Source of the DNA: Candidatus Omnitrophota bacterium
GTDB taxonomy: Bacteria > Omnitrophota > Omnitrophia > Omnitrophales > Aquincolibacteriaceae
DNA: 64,000 nt
Assembly: GCA_022709525.1 (NCBI GenBank)
Contig: JAKLIQ010000006.1
Location: 66,708-130,707, forward strand
Direction: 5' to 3'
The notes under the pieces are model-generated. The model saw only the letters and a list, made by a program, of their open reading frames with translations. It was not told the origin of the DNA and did not search any database. Position numbers and translations under genes: made by a program. This document shows positions 1 through 9,208 of this stretch, in pieces (positions within the stretch are counted from its first letter, which is position 1; each line of letters opens with the position of its first letter).

Positions 1-1319
1 GGTAGGGCTTGGCGACATTCAGGACCTCTTTGTGCGGAAGATCATCCGGGACGCAGACGCCTTTATTGGGATTTTCGATCATCCACATGGCCGCCGCCAC
101 GACGCCGATCGCGACCTGGATCGTGGTGGCGTTCTGGTGCGGCACAAGCTTGCGCGCTTCTTCGATCGTGAGCGCGCTTCCCGTCCACCAGGAATTATAT
201 TTATGCCCCATGATGAGCGCGCCGAGGATATCGGCGCCTTTGATGATCTCATCAGACATGATGCGGCATCTTGGCTGAAGCTCGTAATTACGGCAGCGGA
301 GCTCGTGGACGGATGTGAGCGTTTCATTGCAGGGCATATACACATAATGGACGGTCGGTCGGTAGATGGGTTTGCCGTTCCTCCAAACGGTAAGTTTTTC
401 GGAAATACTGAATGCTTCGCCGTGGCGGATTACCATGCCGACGATCTCGTAATTCGGGACCCAGGAGCGCACCCAGGTGTTCATGCCCATCTGCGAAAGG
501 AAGATCTGGTTCTGCGGGCCGTAACTGGGGACCGTCGCGAGAGGAGGAAGGATTTTTTCATGCGTTCCCCAACCCATCTCCACGGGCGAAGTGGCTTCTT
601 CGCGAAGGCCTTCGATCGACCAGGTCCCGACGAACTCATCCACTTCTTTCGGCCGGTCCGTGATCTGCGTATCCCGCTCGCTGACGTGGATCGTTTTCAC
701 GCCGAGTTTCATGGCCAGACGGTCAAATTTTTCATCGCGGATGAGGCGCTCGAATATTCTCCGGTCCGATTTTGAAACGGTCTTATCACGCGTCGCTTTT
801 TCTGCGATATCCAGGAGTCCCTGTTTCGTGAAATGAGAGATCAATCCGGGGTTAGCGCCGTGGTCCAGGACCGCCGTCGTGGTATCGCCTGCCCAACTCG
901 CCGTCATCTTGCGGAGTTCCATCTGCTTGAAATAGAGCGATTTTTCAAGCGGCGTTTTTTTATCGATATTGGCGTAAGGGTCCCATTCCTCGACCGAGGT
1001 GTTCACGTAAAGGACTTTGTTTTCATGGCACCAGGAGAGCATATCGAGGGAGTCGATATTCCAGGAAAGGTCGATGATCATGCCGCCGGGGGAGACATAT
1101 TTGGAAAGTGTCCGGGCGACATTGACCGGGCTCAGCTTTTCCTGCGAATAACGGACACCTTTTTTGATCCAGGGCGCGAGTTCTTTACGCTTGTCGGCGA
1201 AATCAAGGACCGTGATATTTTTGTAAGGAATGCGAATGTGTTTCAGGAGGATGGGCAGGGTGCATTTGCCGACCGATCCGAAACCGATGCAGAGGACTTT
1301 TTGTTTGAATTCCATCATG
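1..1319 (-). CDS. hss: homospermidine synthase, N-terminal ~440 aa (3' end lies beyond window start)
   Basis: Reverse translation from ATGATG at ~1319 gives MMEFKQKVLCIGFGSVGK...DHGANPGLISHF...IHVSERDTQ...TWSIEGL...MGWGTHE...RSWVP...RPTVHYVYMPCNE...HQNATTIQVA...MWMIENPNKG. These match the conserved blocks of bacterial homospermidine synthase. The ORF is absent from the track because it runs off the window edge; the +strand ORFs 32..775 and 833..1336 are its antisense shadows. Confidence 0.85.
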
Positions 1320-1593
1320 GTTATTTTCTCCCGTGAGAATTATGGGGGATTATAGAGACTTCCACTCGTCCGGGTCAACTTTTTCCTGAATTTTTTAGAA
1401 AAAAAAGAGAACGGAAATGCGTCGTTTTTTCAAACGCGGGTTTTTGAGAGTTGTGGCTATCCCAATCCCTGGTAATTTCACGAAGCTGAAATGGGGGCGG
1501 CCATAACGGCCCGTTTATCCTTAATGAAAGGAGAGTTATGGCCGTTATTTGAGGAGGATGCTTCTCACTTTTGTTTAGGTTCACAACGGAGAT

Positions 1594-3327
1594 ATGATGC
1601 AGAAAGCGCCCGCAGGGCTTCTTCAAAAAAAAGAAAGCCGCGCCGTCGAGCCCCTTAAAAAAGCGGTCATTTTTTTGACGCCGCTAAGGACGATCCAGCT
1701 TTTGGGGTTCCTTCTGGCGTTCATTCTCGCGCTTCATTTTCAGGCGCATCAAACCTTCCGTTCCCTGGACGAACCTTTTTTTGATCCCTTTCTTAAATTC
1801 CAGGCCTCCCCCAGAGTGCATCCGGCGATCGTTTATATCGGGATCGAAAAAAAAAGCGGTCAAGATCTTCCTTTCTCGCAGCGTCATAAAGCCGAAATGA
1901 TCCAGGCCCTCCGGGCATGGGGCGCCAAGGCGATCGTTTTCGACCTTTTTTTCAAGCAAACCGGCGAAAACTCCGAAGACGATCGGTTTCTAATCGAAGA
2001 ATTCCAAAAGACGGACAATATCTATCTGTCCGTTTCTTTTGCCGGTTCCGGAAGGGCAGAGGGAGCGTCCCCGCCCACGGGCTCGGATCCTGTTTTCATC
2101 AACCGCGCCAAAGCGGTCGGGCATGTGGATATTGAACGGGATCCGGATCATGTTGTTCGCCGCTTCCGTCCTTTTATTCAATCCGGTCAAAAACCAATAC
2201 CGTATCTTGGGCTTAAAGTGGCCTACGATTTTCTGGGAGGCCCCATTTCTTTGGAAAAAAAGAACGAGCTGACGTGCGGGAAGGATGGCAGCATTCCGAT
2301 CCGCTGGACGCAAACGCGGGATACCCTGCCGCGTTATTATTCTTCCGCGGATGTGGCCGGAAGTTATGCGCTGTCGCTGGAAGGAAAGACGGCTCCCGTT
2401 CGGCCCGACGATATACGAGGGAATATCTGCCTCATCGGCCTTATGGACTTGGGCTTGATGGCGACCCCAATTGAAAATGCCAGTTCGGGTATCGGCGTTC
2501 TCGGGAACATCGTCAATATGGCCTTGACGGATCAGTACATCCAGACCCTTTGTCCGTGGCCTTTCGCCGCGCTCCTTTTCTTTTTTGCCGTCGCGTCGGG
2601 TTTCGCGCTGATCCCTTACCGCGGGGCACCTTCCATTCTCGCTGTTTTCGGCATCGCGGGCATGTGGGTCCTTACGGCCTTCATCCTTTTTTCATGGATG
2701 GGGCTCTGGGCAGGGATCACGGCGCCTGTTCTGATGATCGCCGCGTTTTTTCTCATCTCTTTTACGATCGCGAGGGTCGAAGAATACCGCGAAAGGATGC
2801 ATTTTTTAAGTTTGGCGGCGCAGGACGAGCTGACGGGGCTTTACCTGATGCGGTATGTCTCCACTTTTCTTGAGCGCGCGATCAATTACGCGCGAACGTT
2901 CCGGAAACCCTTTGCCGTGCTCCTGATCGATTTTGATGATTTCCGTCCCCTGAATGAAACATACGGCTACCGGACCGGTGACGGCGTGCTTCAAAGGGTG
3001 GCGGGGGTCGTTCAAGGCGCCATTCATACCCAGGCCCATCCTATCCCCGATATCGCGGGGCGTTTCAGCGAAGACCAATTCATTGTTTTGCTTTCAAGCT
3101 GCAGTCTGGCGGCCGCCACTTTCGGCGTGGCCGAAAAGATCCGCAAAGCTGTCGAAGAGCTTGTTTTTGAAGTGGGCGATAAAAAGTTCCATACCACGAT
3201 CAGTCTCGGAGTTTCGATCCTGAAGCCGGGCGAGAAAAATTCTGAAAAGATCATGGCGCGAGCCAGGCAAGCCCTCCTGAAAGCCAAGACAACCGGCAAG
3301 AACCAGACCTGCATCCAAAACGACTGA
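1594..3327 (+). CDS. CHASE2 sensor - TM - GGDEF-domain protein (active-site motif degenerate: RFSEDQF instead of RYGGEEF)
   Basis: N-terminal CHASE2-like block (IVYIGIEKKSG...KAEMIQALRAWGAKAIVFDLFF), hydrophobic TM segments, and a C-terminal GGDEF fold (LTGLYLMRY...FAVLLIDFDDFRPLNETYGYRTGD...IAGRFSEDQFIVLL...ISLGVS). Confidence 0.8.
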   Translation: MMQKAPAGLLQKKESRAVEPLKKAVIFLTPLRTIQLLGFLLAFILALHFQAHQTFRSLDEPFFDPFLKFQASPRVHPAIVYIGIEKKSGQDLPFSQRHKAEMIQALRAWGAKAIVFDLFFKQTGENSEDDRFLIEEFQKTDNIYLSVSFAGSGRAEGASPPTGSDPVFINRAKAVGHVDIERDPDHVVRRFRPFIQSGQKPIPYLGLKVAYDFLGGPISLEKKNELTCGKDGSIPIRWTQTRDTLPRYYSSADVAGSYALSLEGKTAPVRPDDIRGNICLIGLMDLGLMATPIENASSGIGVLGNIVNMALTDQYIQTLCPWPFAALLFFFAVASGFALIPYRGAPSILAVFGIAGMWVLTAFILFSWMGLWAGITAPVLMIAAFFLISFTIARVEEYRERMHFLSLAAQDELTGLYLMRYVSTFLERAINYARTFRKPFAVLLIDFDDFRPLNETYGYRTGDGVLQRVAGVVQGAIHTQAHPIPDIAGRFSEDQFIVLLSSCSLAAATFGVAEKIRKAVEELVFEVGDKKFHTTISLGVSILKPGEKNSEKIMARARQALLKAKTTGKNQTCIQND

Positions 3328-3459
3328 TCTTTTTTAAAAAAGCATAGCGCTTTCCAATACATTCCCCTAGAATCCGACCATTCAGTCTTTCGCCGTTGCC
3401 GGTCCAGTCTCTACCGAAAACCACAGCGTTAAACGGACTTTTTGTTTTATAATCTTCCC

Positions 3460-4308
3460 ATGCTGAAACGGCCTATCCTGATCCTTGCGGCATTCTGTTT
3501 TCTGCTGAGCGGTTGCGCCACTTCCTCGCCCGAACGCAGCGCCAAAGCTTTTACCGTGGCGCAGGAGGCCGGCCTCCAAAAAGAAATGGTCAAGGCTGCT
3601 CCGTTCGTATTGACCGCTTACGCGCGTCTTTCCGCTCCCGGCAAACCGATCCATATCTATATTGAAGGGGACGGTTATGCTTGGGTGACGCGGAACCGGG
3701 TTTCCGGCGATCCGACGCCGCGTCAACCGATGGTGCTTTCGCTTGCCGCGGAGGATCCCGCGCCAAACGTTGTTTATCTCGCTAGGCCGTGCCAGTACAC
3801 GCCGCAGGAGCAAAATCCCAAGTGCGAGGAGTTTTATTGGACCGGCGGCCGTTTTTCCGAAGAAGTCGTGCGGTCGATGGATGAAGCGGTTTCTTACTTT
3901 ATCGGAAAAACCGGCGCGCCGGGCGCCGACCTGATCGGATATTCCGGCGGCGCGGCGGTGGCCGTGCTTGTGGCAGTGCGACGCACGGATATTTTGAGCT
4001 TCAGGACCATCGCGGGCAATCTCAACCCGGAACTCGTGAATCGCTATCACGAAGTAAGCCCTCTCGACGGCTCTTTGGACCCGATGGATGCCGCCGACAA
4101 GGTCGCTTCTATCCCGCAGCTTCATTTTATCGGCGGGGATGATGAATTAATTCCGCTTGAAACAGTAAGTTCATTCCTGAAAAAAATGGGCGACGAGCGG
4201 TGTTTCCGGATGAAAACGATATCTGACGCCTCTCATGAAAACGGCTGGATGGAGGCCTGGCCCGAATTGCTTCGCGAACCTGTTGTTTGCAGGAAAGAGG
4301 CAGTCTAA
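3460..4308 (+). CDS. lipoprotein, alpha/beta-hydrolase-like (GYSGG nucleophile elbow)
   Basis: MLKRPILILAAFCFLLSGC lipobox signal from the ATG at 3460 (the track's start at 3442 is a TTG). GxSxG-like GYSGG motif and a C-terminal His. Confidence 0.5.
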   Translation: MLKRPILILAAFCFLLSGCATSSPERSAKAFTVAQEAGLQKEMVKAAPFVLTAYARLSAPGKPIHIYIEGDGYAWVTRNRVSGDPTPRQPMVLSLAAEDPAPNVVYLARPCQYTPQEQNPKCEEFYWTGGRFSEEVVRSMDEAVSYFIGKTGAPGADLIGYSGGAAVAVLVAVRRTDILSFRTIAGNLNPELVNRYHEVSPLDGSLDPMDAADKVASIPQLHFIGGDDELIPLETVSSFLKKMGDERCFRMKTISDASHENGWMEAWPELLREPVVCRKEAV

Positions 4309-5540
4309 GCGGGATTTTTGGAGACTTCGCGTTTCATCGCGAAGAAAAAGGGGAGCGAGGTGAGCTCCAGGGCCGCGGCGCTGATCATAAGGGCGGGAAG
4401 CGAACGCTCGTAAAGAAATCCCATCACAACGCCGCCAACGAGCATCGCAAGGCCGTAAGCTACGTTCAAGATGCCGTAACCCGTGCCGCGTTTTTTAAGC
4501 GGCGTGATATCTGCGATCGCCGACTTCATGATGGTTTCATGCCCCGCCATGACAATTCCCCAAAACGCGATGCTTAGGATCGCGATCCAGGGAACGGTCG
4601 TAAAACAAAGGAAGGGGATCACGATCGAAAGAACGGGGATCATCAGAAGCGTGCCGATACCCGCCCAGTCGTGTTTTTGTTTTTCCTTCATCCCGTCGTA
4701 GACCTTTCCGATCACAAGCGCTGCCGCGCCGTCGATCCCCATCGCGATGGCGTAAAAAAGAGGGATCTGCGCGTCCGAGAGCACCGCTTTGGATTTAAAG
4801 TGATAGGCCATCAGCACGAAATTCACAAAACCCATGGTCGCGAGGAAACTGAACGCCGTGTAAAGCCAGAAGATCTTCGGCAATTTTTCGGATTCTGTTT
4901 TTTTGACGGCGGTCTCAAGCGTTTCGGGATTCGGGGTTTTCCAAAAAGCAAAAAGGACGCAGGCCATCAGGAAGAAGAAAGGAAGCCAGAGAAGATGATA
5001 AGCCGATTGGTAATCCCGCAACCCTTTTTCCGCATGGGAGGTGCCCATGAAGGCCACGGTAAAAAGGAGCGGGCCGATAATGGCGCCGATCTGGTCCATG
5101 GCTTCGTTCAAGCCGAAACCAAATCCGGTGCCGACCTGTTTGGTCGCCTGCGAAAGGATCGTGTCTTTGGCGGGGCTGCGCATGGCCTTACCAATACGTT
5201 CCATGACGATCAAAAGTGCCGCGATCTGCCAGAATCCGGTGAGCGCAAGAAGCGGGACACTCACGAGCATGCCGTATCCCAGGATCGTGAAAAACCAGTA
5301 GGCCTTCGTTTTGTCCGAAAAATATCCCGACAAAAGCCGGATGCCATAGCCAAGGAATTCTCCGAGGCCCGCGATAAATCCGACCGCGATCGCGTTCGCG
5401 CCGAGGACTTTTAAATACGGTCCGTTGACGCTTCGCGCCCCTTCGTAAATGATGTCCCCGAAAAGGCTTACAAGACCGAAGAGAAGTATGAGCTGGAGGG
5501 CTTTTCTTTTATTGGGAGCGAGATCTTTTATGTTATTCAT
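4305..5540 (-). CDS. MFS transporter
   Basis: 411 aa with a 12-TM profile and MFS-like N-terminal half (GDIIYEGARSVNGPYLKVLGA...). The stop overlaps the upstream lipoprotein gene. Confidence 0.8.
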   Translation of the reverse strand: MNNIKDLAPNKRKALQLILLFGLVSLFGDIIYEGARSVNGPYLKVLGANAIAVGFIAGLGEFLGYGIRLLSGYFSDKTKAYWFFTILGYGMLVSVPLLALTGFWQIAALLIVMERIGKAMRSPAKDTILSQATKQVGTGFGFGLNEAMDQIGAIIGPLLFTVAFMGTSHAEKGLRDYQSAYHLLWLPFFFLMACVLFAFWKTPNPETLETAVKKTESEKLPKIFWLYTAFSFLATMGFVNFVLMAYHFKSKAVLSDAQIPLFYAIAMGIDGAAALVIGKVYDGMKEKQKHDWAGIGTLLMIPVLSIVIPFLCFTTVPWIAILSIAFWGIVMAGHETIMKSAIADITPLKKRGTGYGILNVAYGLAMLVGGVVMGFLYERSLPALMISAAALELTSLPFFFAMKREVSKNPA

Positions 5541-5557
5541 GGTTTAACCCGCCGCCA

Positions 5558-5591
5558 CACCCGGTGTGTACACCAATGTACACACCGGGTG
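5558..5591. repeat. perfect 15-bp inverted repeat with 4-nt spacer (CACCCGGTGTGTACA-ccaa-TGTACACACCGGGTG), followed by extra GGTGTGT copies
   Basis: Read directly from the sequence. It lies in the divergent intergenic region between the MFS gene (-) and the DAACS symporter gene (+). Confidence 0.9.
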
Positions 5592-5664
5592 TGTACGCGG
5601 GTGTGTGAAGCTTACTGATTTTATAAAGGAAATCAAATACAATATTCCTGCCGAAATACGGCAC

Positions 5665-5751
5665 GGGACTCGCTGCTCGGGACTCGCCCCTCGTTTTTTG
5701 AAATAGTTTCAACGAGAGGCCCGTTCGAGTCCCTAGTCCCTAGTCCCGAGG
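5665..5751. repeat. GGGACTCG/CGAGTCCC dyad-symmetric intergenic element, copy 1
   Basis: Two tandem GGGACTCG on the left, an A/T-rich centre containing an inner CTCGTT...AACGAG hairpin, and CGAGTCCC-TAGTCCC-TAGTCCCGAG on the right. Confidence 0.8.
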
Positions 5752-5760
5752 AACGGATTT

Positions 5761-6969
5761 GTGGGTAATCGTTTCTTCAAGCATTATTCCTTTCCCATCT
5801 TTCTTCTCATCTCCATTTCTATCGGGGCTGGATTAGGGATTCTCTTTAAGGAAAAAGCCGCGGTCATAAAGCCGCTGGGGGATATTTTCCTCAACCTGCT
5901 TTTTACGGCAGTGGTGCCGCTTGTTTTCTTTTCGATATCCTCCGCCATTGCGGAAATGTCCGATCTTCGCCGTCTTGGGAAGATCATGGGTTGGATGATC
6001 GTTATCTTTATTGTCACAGGCGTTCTTTCTTCTCTTCTCATGATCCTCGGTGTGAAATTTTTTCCTCCGGTCTTAGGGGATCATCCGGTGTGGACCGCGC
6101 CCGCGGAGGCTGGACAGATAAAAACTTTTGGAGAGATCCTCAAGGCGTTCACAGTTCCGGATTTTTGGCATCTCCTTTCCAAGCAGAATATGTTGGCCTT
6201 GATCGTTTTCGCGATGCTTGTGGGGCTTGCGGCGTCGCTTGCCAGGGAGGACGGGAAACCGTTCACAGCTTTTCTTGTTTCAGGAAATAAGGTCATGATG
6301 AAAGTGATCCATCTCATCATGTTCTATGCGCCCGTGGGCCTTGGGGCTTATTTCGCTTATCTTGTGGGAAAGCTCGGAACCGAACTTCTCGGGTCTTACC
6401 TCCGCGTAGTCGCGCTTTATTACCCGCTGGCCCTCGCCTATTTTTTTATCGGTTTTTCCCTTTACGCTTTTCTGGCGGGCGGAACGGAAGGATTCAAGCG
6501 TTTCTGGGGGAATATTCTCACGCCGGCACTGACCGCTTGGGGGACCGGGAGCAGTCTCGCGGCGGTTCCCGCGAATCTCGAGGCTGCCGATAAGATCGGC
6601 GTTCCAAAAGATATCAGCCGGATCGTGATCCCGATCGGCGCGACCGTTCACATGGACGGGACCTGCATGGGAGCCATTCTGAAGATCTCGCTTCTTTTCT
6701 CTTTTTTCGGAACGCCGTTTGCGGGCGCCGGCACTATCGCGACGGCGATCGGTATCGCGATCTTAAGCGGCATGGTGATGAGCGGGATCCCGGGAGGAGG
6801 TTTTTTAGGGGAACTTCTGATCGTAACGCTTTACGGCTTTCCCGTGGAGGCATTGCCTCTTATTTCCATAGTCGGCACCTTGGTCGACCCACCCGCCACC
6901 ATGGTCAATTCCACCGGCGATACCGTTGTTTCCATGCTCCTTACCCGCATCCTTGGCAATAAAAAATAA
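5761..6969 (+). CDS. dicarboxylate/amino acid:cation symporter (DAACS/GltP family)
   Basis: 402 aa, GTG start, membrane profile and motifs typical of Na+/H+-dicarboxylate symporters (VVPLVFFSISSAIAEM...GSSLAAVPANLEAA...MDGTCMGA). Confidence 0.8.
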   Translation: MGNRFFKHYSFPIFLLISISIGAGLGILFKEKAAVIKPLGDIFLNLLFTAVVPLVFFSISSAIAEMSDLRRLGKIMGWMIVIFIVTGVLSSLLMILGVKFFPPVLGDHPVWTAPAEAGQIKTFGEILKAFTVPDFWHLLSKQNMLALIVFAMLVGLAASLAREDGKPFTAFLVSGNKVMMKVIHLIMFYAPVGLGAYFAYLVGKLGTELLGSYLRVVALYYPLALAYFFIGFSLYAFLAGGTEGFKRFWGNILTPALTAWGTGSSLAAVPANLEAADKIGVPKDISRIVIPIGATVHMDGTCMGAILKISLLFSFFGTPFAGAGTIATAIGIAILSGMVMSGIPGGGFLGELLIVTLYGFPVEALPLISIVGTLVDPPATMVNSTGDTVVSMLLTRILGNKK

Positions 6970-7020
6970 AAATTCCAGGGATCGCAAATCGATTGATAAG
7001 CTTTATTTTTTCATGATTTT

Positions 7021-7041
7021 TTGACATCTTCGTGCTATAAT
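7021..7041 (+). promoter_or_regulatory. perfect TTGACA and perfect TATAAT only 9 bp apart, upstream of the hyf-like operon
   Basis: ttgacatcttcgtgctataat lies ~135 nt upstream of the first gene. The hexamers are too close to act as one sigma-70 promoter; they may belong to two overlapping promoters. Confidence 0.4.
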
Positions 7042-7177
7042 GCCGCCTCGAAGTAAGAAGTAAGTGCCGCCAGACTGTTATCCAGCCATCCTCACGGCAG
7101 TTCTCCCTTAAAAAAGAGAGCCCAAGGTCGCTTTAACATCTTGCAGGCAAAAGACTTACGGAAAGTTCGAAGGAAAG

Positions 7178-9208
7178 ATGGAATTATTCTTTTATGCGCA
7201 GGTCCTTCTCCATTGTTTGGGGGGAGGCGCGGGTTTTTTATTTGATCAACAGAGCGAGAGCGCAAACCGCGCGACACATTTTCTAGCTGTAGCGGCCGGG
7301 GCGGCAGGCGTTGTTTTCTCTCTAGCTATTCTTCTCACGGGAAAGCCCTGGATTTTTGAATTGCAGGGGAGTCTGCCTGTTGGCCCTTTACGGTTCGTGA
7401 TTGACCCTTTTTCCGCTTTTTTTGTCCTTACCATATCCTTTCTGTCTTTCGCGGCCTCCCTTTTCGCGGTCGGTTATACCCGGGAATATCAAAGAAAGAA
7501 AAACATCGCCCTTTTAGGATTTTTCTATCATATTTTCATCCTGGCGATGCTGGCTGTCGTAACGGTGCAGAACGCTTTTTATTTCCTGTTCTTTTGGGAA
7601 CTCATGTCGCTTGCATCCTATTTTCTCGTGGTTTTTGAACACGAGAAGCCCGAGGCCCGCTCCGCCGGCACGCTTTATCTCATTATGACGCATATCGGGA
7701 CCGCTTTTATTGCGGCGGCTTTCCTGCTTCTTTATGTTCATTCGGGATCTTTTTCTTTCGATGCATTCCGGTTCGCCGCCGCGACGCTTTCTCCCGCTGT
7801 CAAAAACGCCGTTTTTTTAGCGGCCCTGATCGGGTTCGGGACCAAGGCGGGCGTGATCCCGCTCCACATCTGGCTGCCCCAAGCCCACCCGCAGGCCCCG
7901 AGCCATGTCTCGGCCCTCATGTCGGGCGTCATGATCAAGACAGCGATCTACGCTTTCTTGAGATTTCTTTTTGGTTTTTTAGGAGAGCCGTTCGCGTGGT
8001 GGGGGCATGTCGTTCTTGCCCTCGCGATTCTTTCGACGCTTCTGGGGATCCTTTACGCTTTAATGGAAAATGATCTGAAGCGTCTGCTTGCTTTTTCAAG
8101 CATTGAAAACATCGGCATTATTCTTCTGGGGATCGGTATGGCGCTTGTTTTTAGGGTCTTCCACCAGCCTTTTAATGGCGGTTTCGCGCTTATGGCGGCC
8201 CTTTTTCATGTGATCAACCATGCGGCGTTCAAAGGCCTTTTGTTTCTTGGGACAGGTTCCGTTCTTCATAGCGCTCATACGCGACAGATAGAAAACCTCG
8301 GAGGACTGATCCGGAAAATGCCATGGACTGCCGTTTGTTTTTTGACCGGCGCTATGGCGATCTCCGCGCTTCCGCCGCTCAACGGTTTTGTCAGCGAATG
8401 GCTGACTTTTATGGCGCTGCTCCTGGGGTTTCACGGCGCGGGCGCGGGCATGCCTTTCTTTTCGCCGGTCCTTGCCTCGCTTCTCGGTCTCGCCGGCGCT
8501 TTGGCGGCTACATGCTTTATCAAAGTTTTCGGCATCAGCTTTTTGGGAAAGCCCCGCTCGGAACACGCTGTTCAAGCCCGGGAAGTAAGCGGGTCGATGA
8601 AGTTAGGTATGGGGATCCTTGCAGTGAGTTGTTTGGGATTATCGCTCGCCGCGCCTCAGGCCTTAAAGATCCTGGCAAAGATCGCCGGGACGCTTGCCGG
8701 TACCGATATTCCGGTCGAGACTGTGACTCAGAGAATATTTTTGATTTCTCCTTTAAATTCCAGCCTATTCTCTCCTTTGGCTGTTGCCCTGGTCCTTTTG
8801 GCTCTTCTGGCGGTGATAATGGCGCTTCCCAGGATTATTTTTGGAAAAAAACTTGTCCGGACCGGCCCCAGCTGGGATTGCGGGATGCCCGCGCTTTCCT
8901 CCCGGATGCAGTATACCGCGACGGGTTTTTCAAAACCGTTGCGCCGGATCTTTTCCTTCCTTTATCAACCGACCCGGCGCGTGGAGTTGGAAGATGAAGG
9001 TCATGAAATGCTCCGGACGGCGCAGCGCTTCGAAGCCAGGATCACGCATCCGGTCGATGAATGGGTCTACCGTCCTTTGGCCGCGCTCGTTTCCGAGCTT
9101 TCTCAAAAAGCAAAACGGATCCAAACGGGCCATATCCAGCTTTATCTGAGTTACATTTTTATCACGCTGATCCTCCTCCTTCTTTTTCTGGGAGGACATT
9201 CCTCATGA
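7178..9208 (+). CDS. NuoL/HyfB/MnhA-type proton-pumping antiporter-like subunit (Ehr/hydrogenase-4-like complex)
   Basis: 676 aa polytopic protein with the Proton_antipo_M signature (GFGTKAGVIPLHIWLPQAHPQAPSHVSALMSGVMIKTAIY). Confidence 0.85.
   Translation: MELFFYAQVLLHCLGGGAGFLFDQQSESANRATHFLAVAAGAAGVVFSLAILLTGKPWIFELQGSLPVGPLRFVIDPFSAFFVLTISFLSFAASLFAVGYTREYQRKKNIALLGFFYHIFILAMLAVVTVQNAFYFLFFWELMSLASYFLVVFEHEKPEARSAGTLYLIMTHIGTAFIAAAFLLLYVHSGSFSFDAFRFAAATLSPAVKNAVFLAALIGFGTKAGVIPLHIWLPQAHPQAPSHVSALMSGVMIKTAIYAFLRFLFGFLGEPFAWWGHVVLALAILSTLLGILYALMENDLKRLLAFSSIENIGIILLGIGMALVFRVFHQPFNGGFALMAALFHVINHAAFKGLLFLGTGSVLHSAHTRQIENLGGLIRKMPWTAVCFLTGAMAISALPPLNGFVSEWLTFMALLLGFHGAGAGMPFFSPVLASLLGLAGALAATCFIKVFGISFLGKPRSEHAVQAREVSGSMKLGMGILAVSCLGLSLAAPQALKILAKIAGTLAGTDIPVETVTQRIFLISPLNSSLFSPLAVALVLLALLAVIMALPRIIFGKKLVRTGPSWDCGMPALSSRMQYTATGFSKPLRRIFSFLYQPTRRVELEDEGHEMLRTAQRFEARITHPVDEWVYRPLAALVSELSQKAKRIQTGHIQLYLSYIFITLILLLLFLGGHSS

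Noticed and set aside
32-1336. Track ORFs 32..775 (+) and 833..1336 (+)
   Set aside because: They are antisense frames of the homospermidine synthase gene on the minus strand. They are typical long open frames of high-GC DNA.
3382-4125. 247-aa minus-strand ORF
   Set aside because: It overlaps the plus-strand lipoprotein gene, which has a convincing lipobox signal peptide. The minus ORF is Arg/Gly/His-rich antisense noise.
9061-9204. Upstream extension of the NuoH-like gene (track start 9061)
   Set aside because: It overlaps the end of the NuoL-like gene. The ATG at 9205 has a GGAGGA RBS and forms an ATGA stop/start junction.
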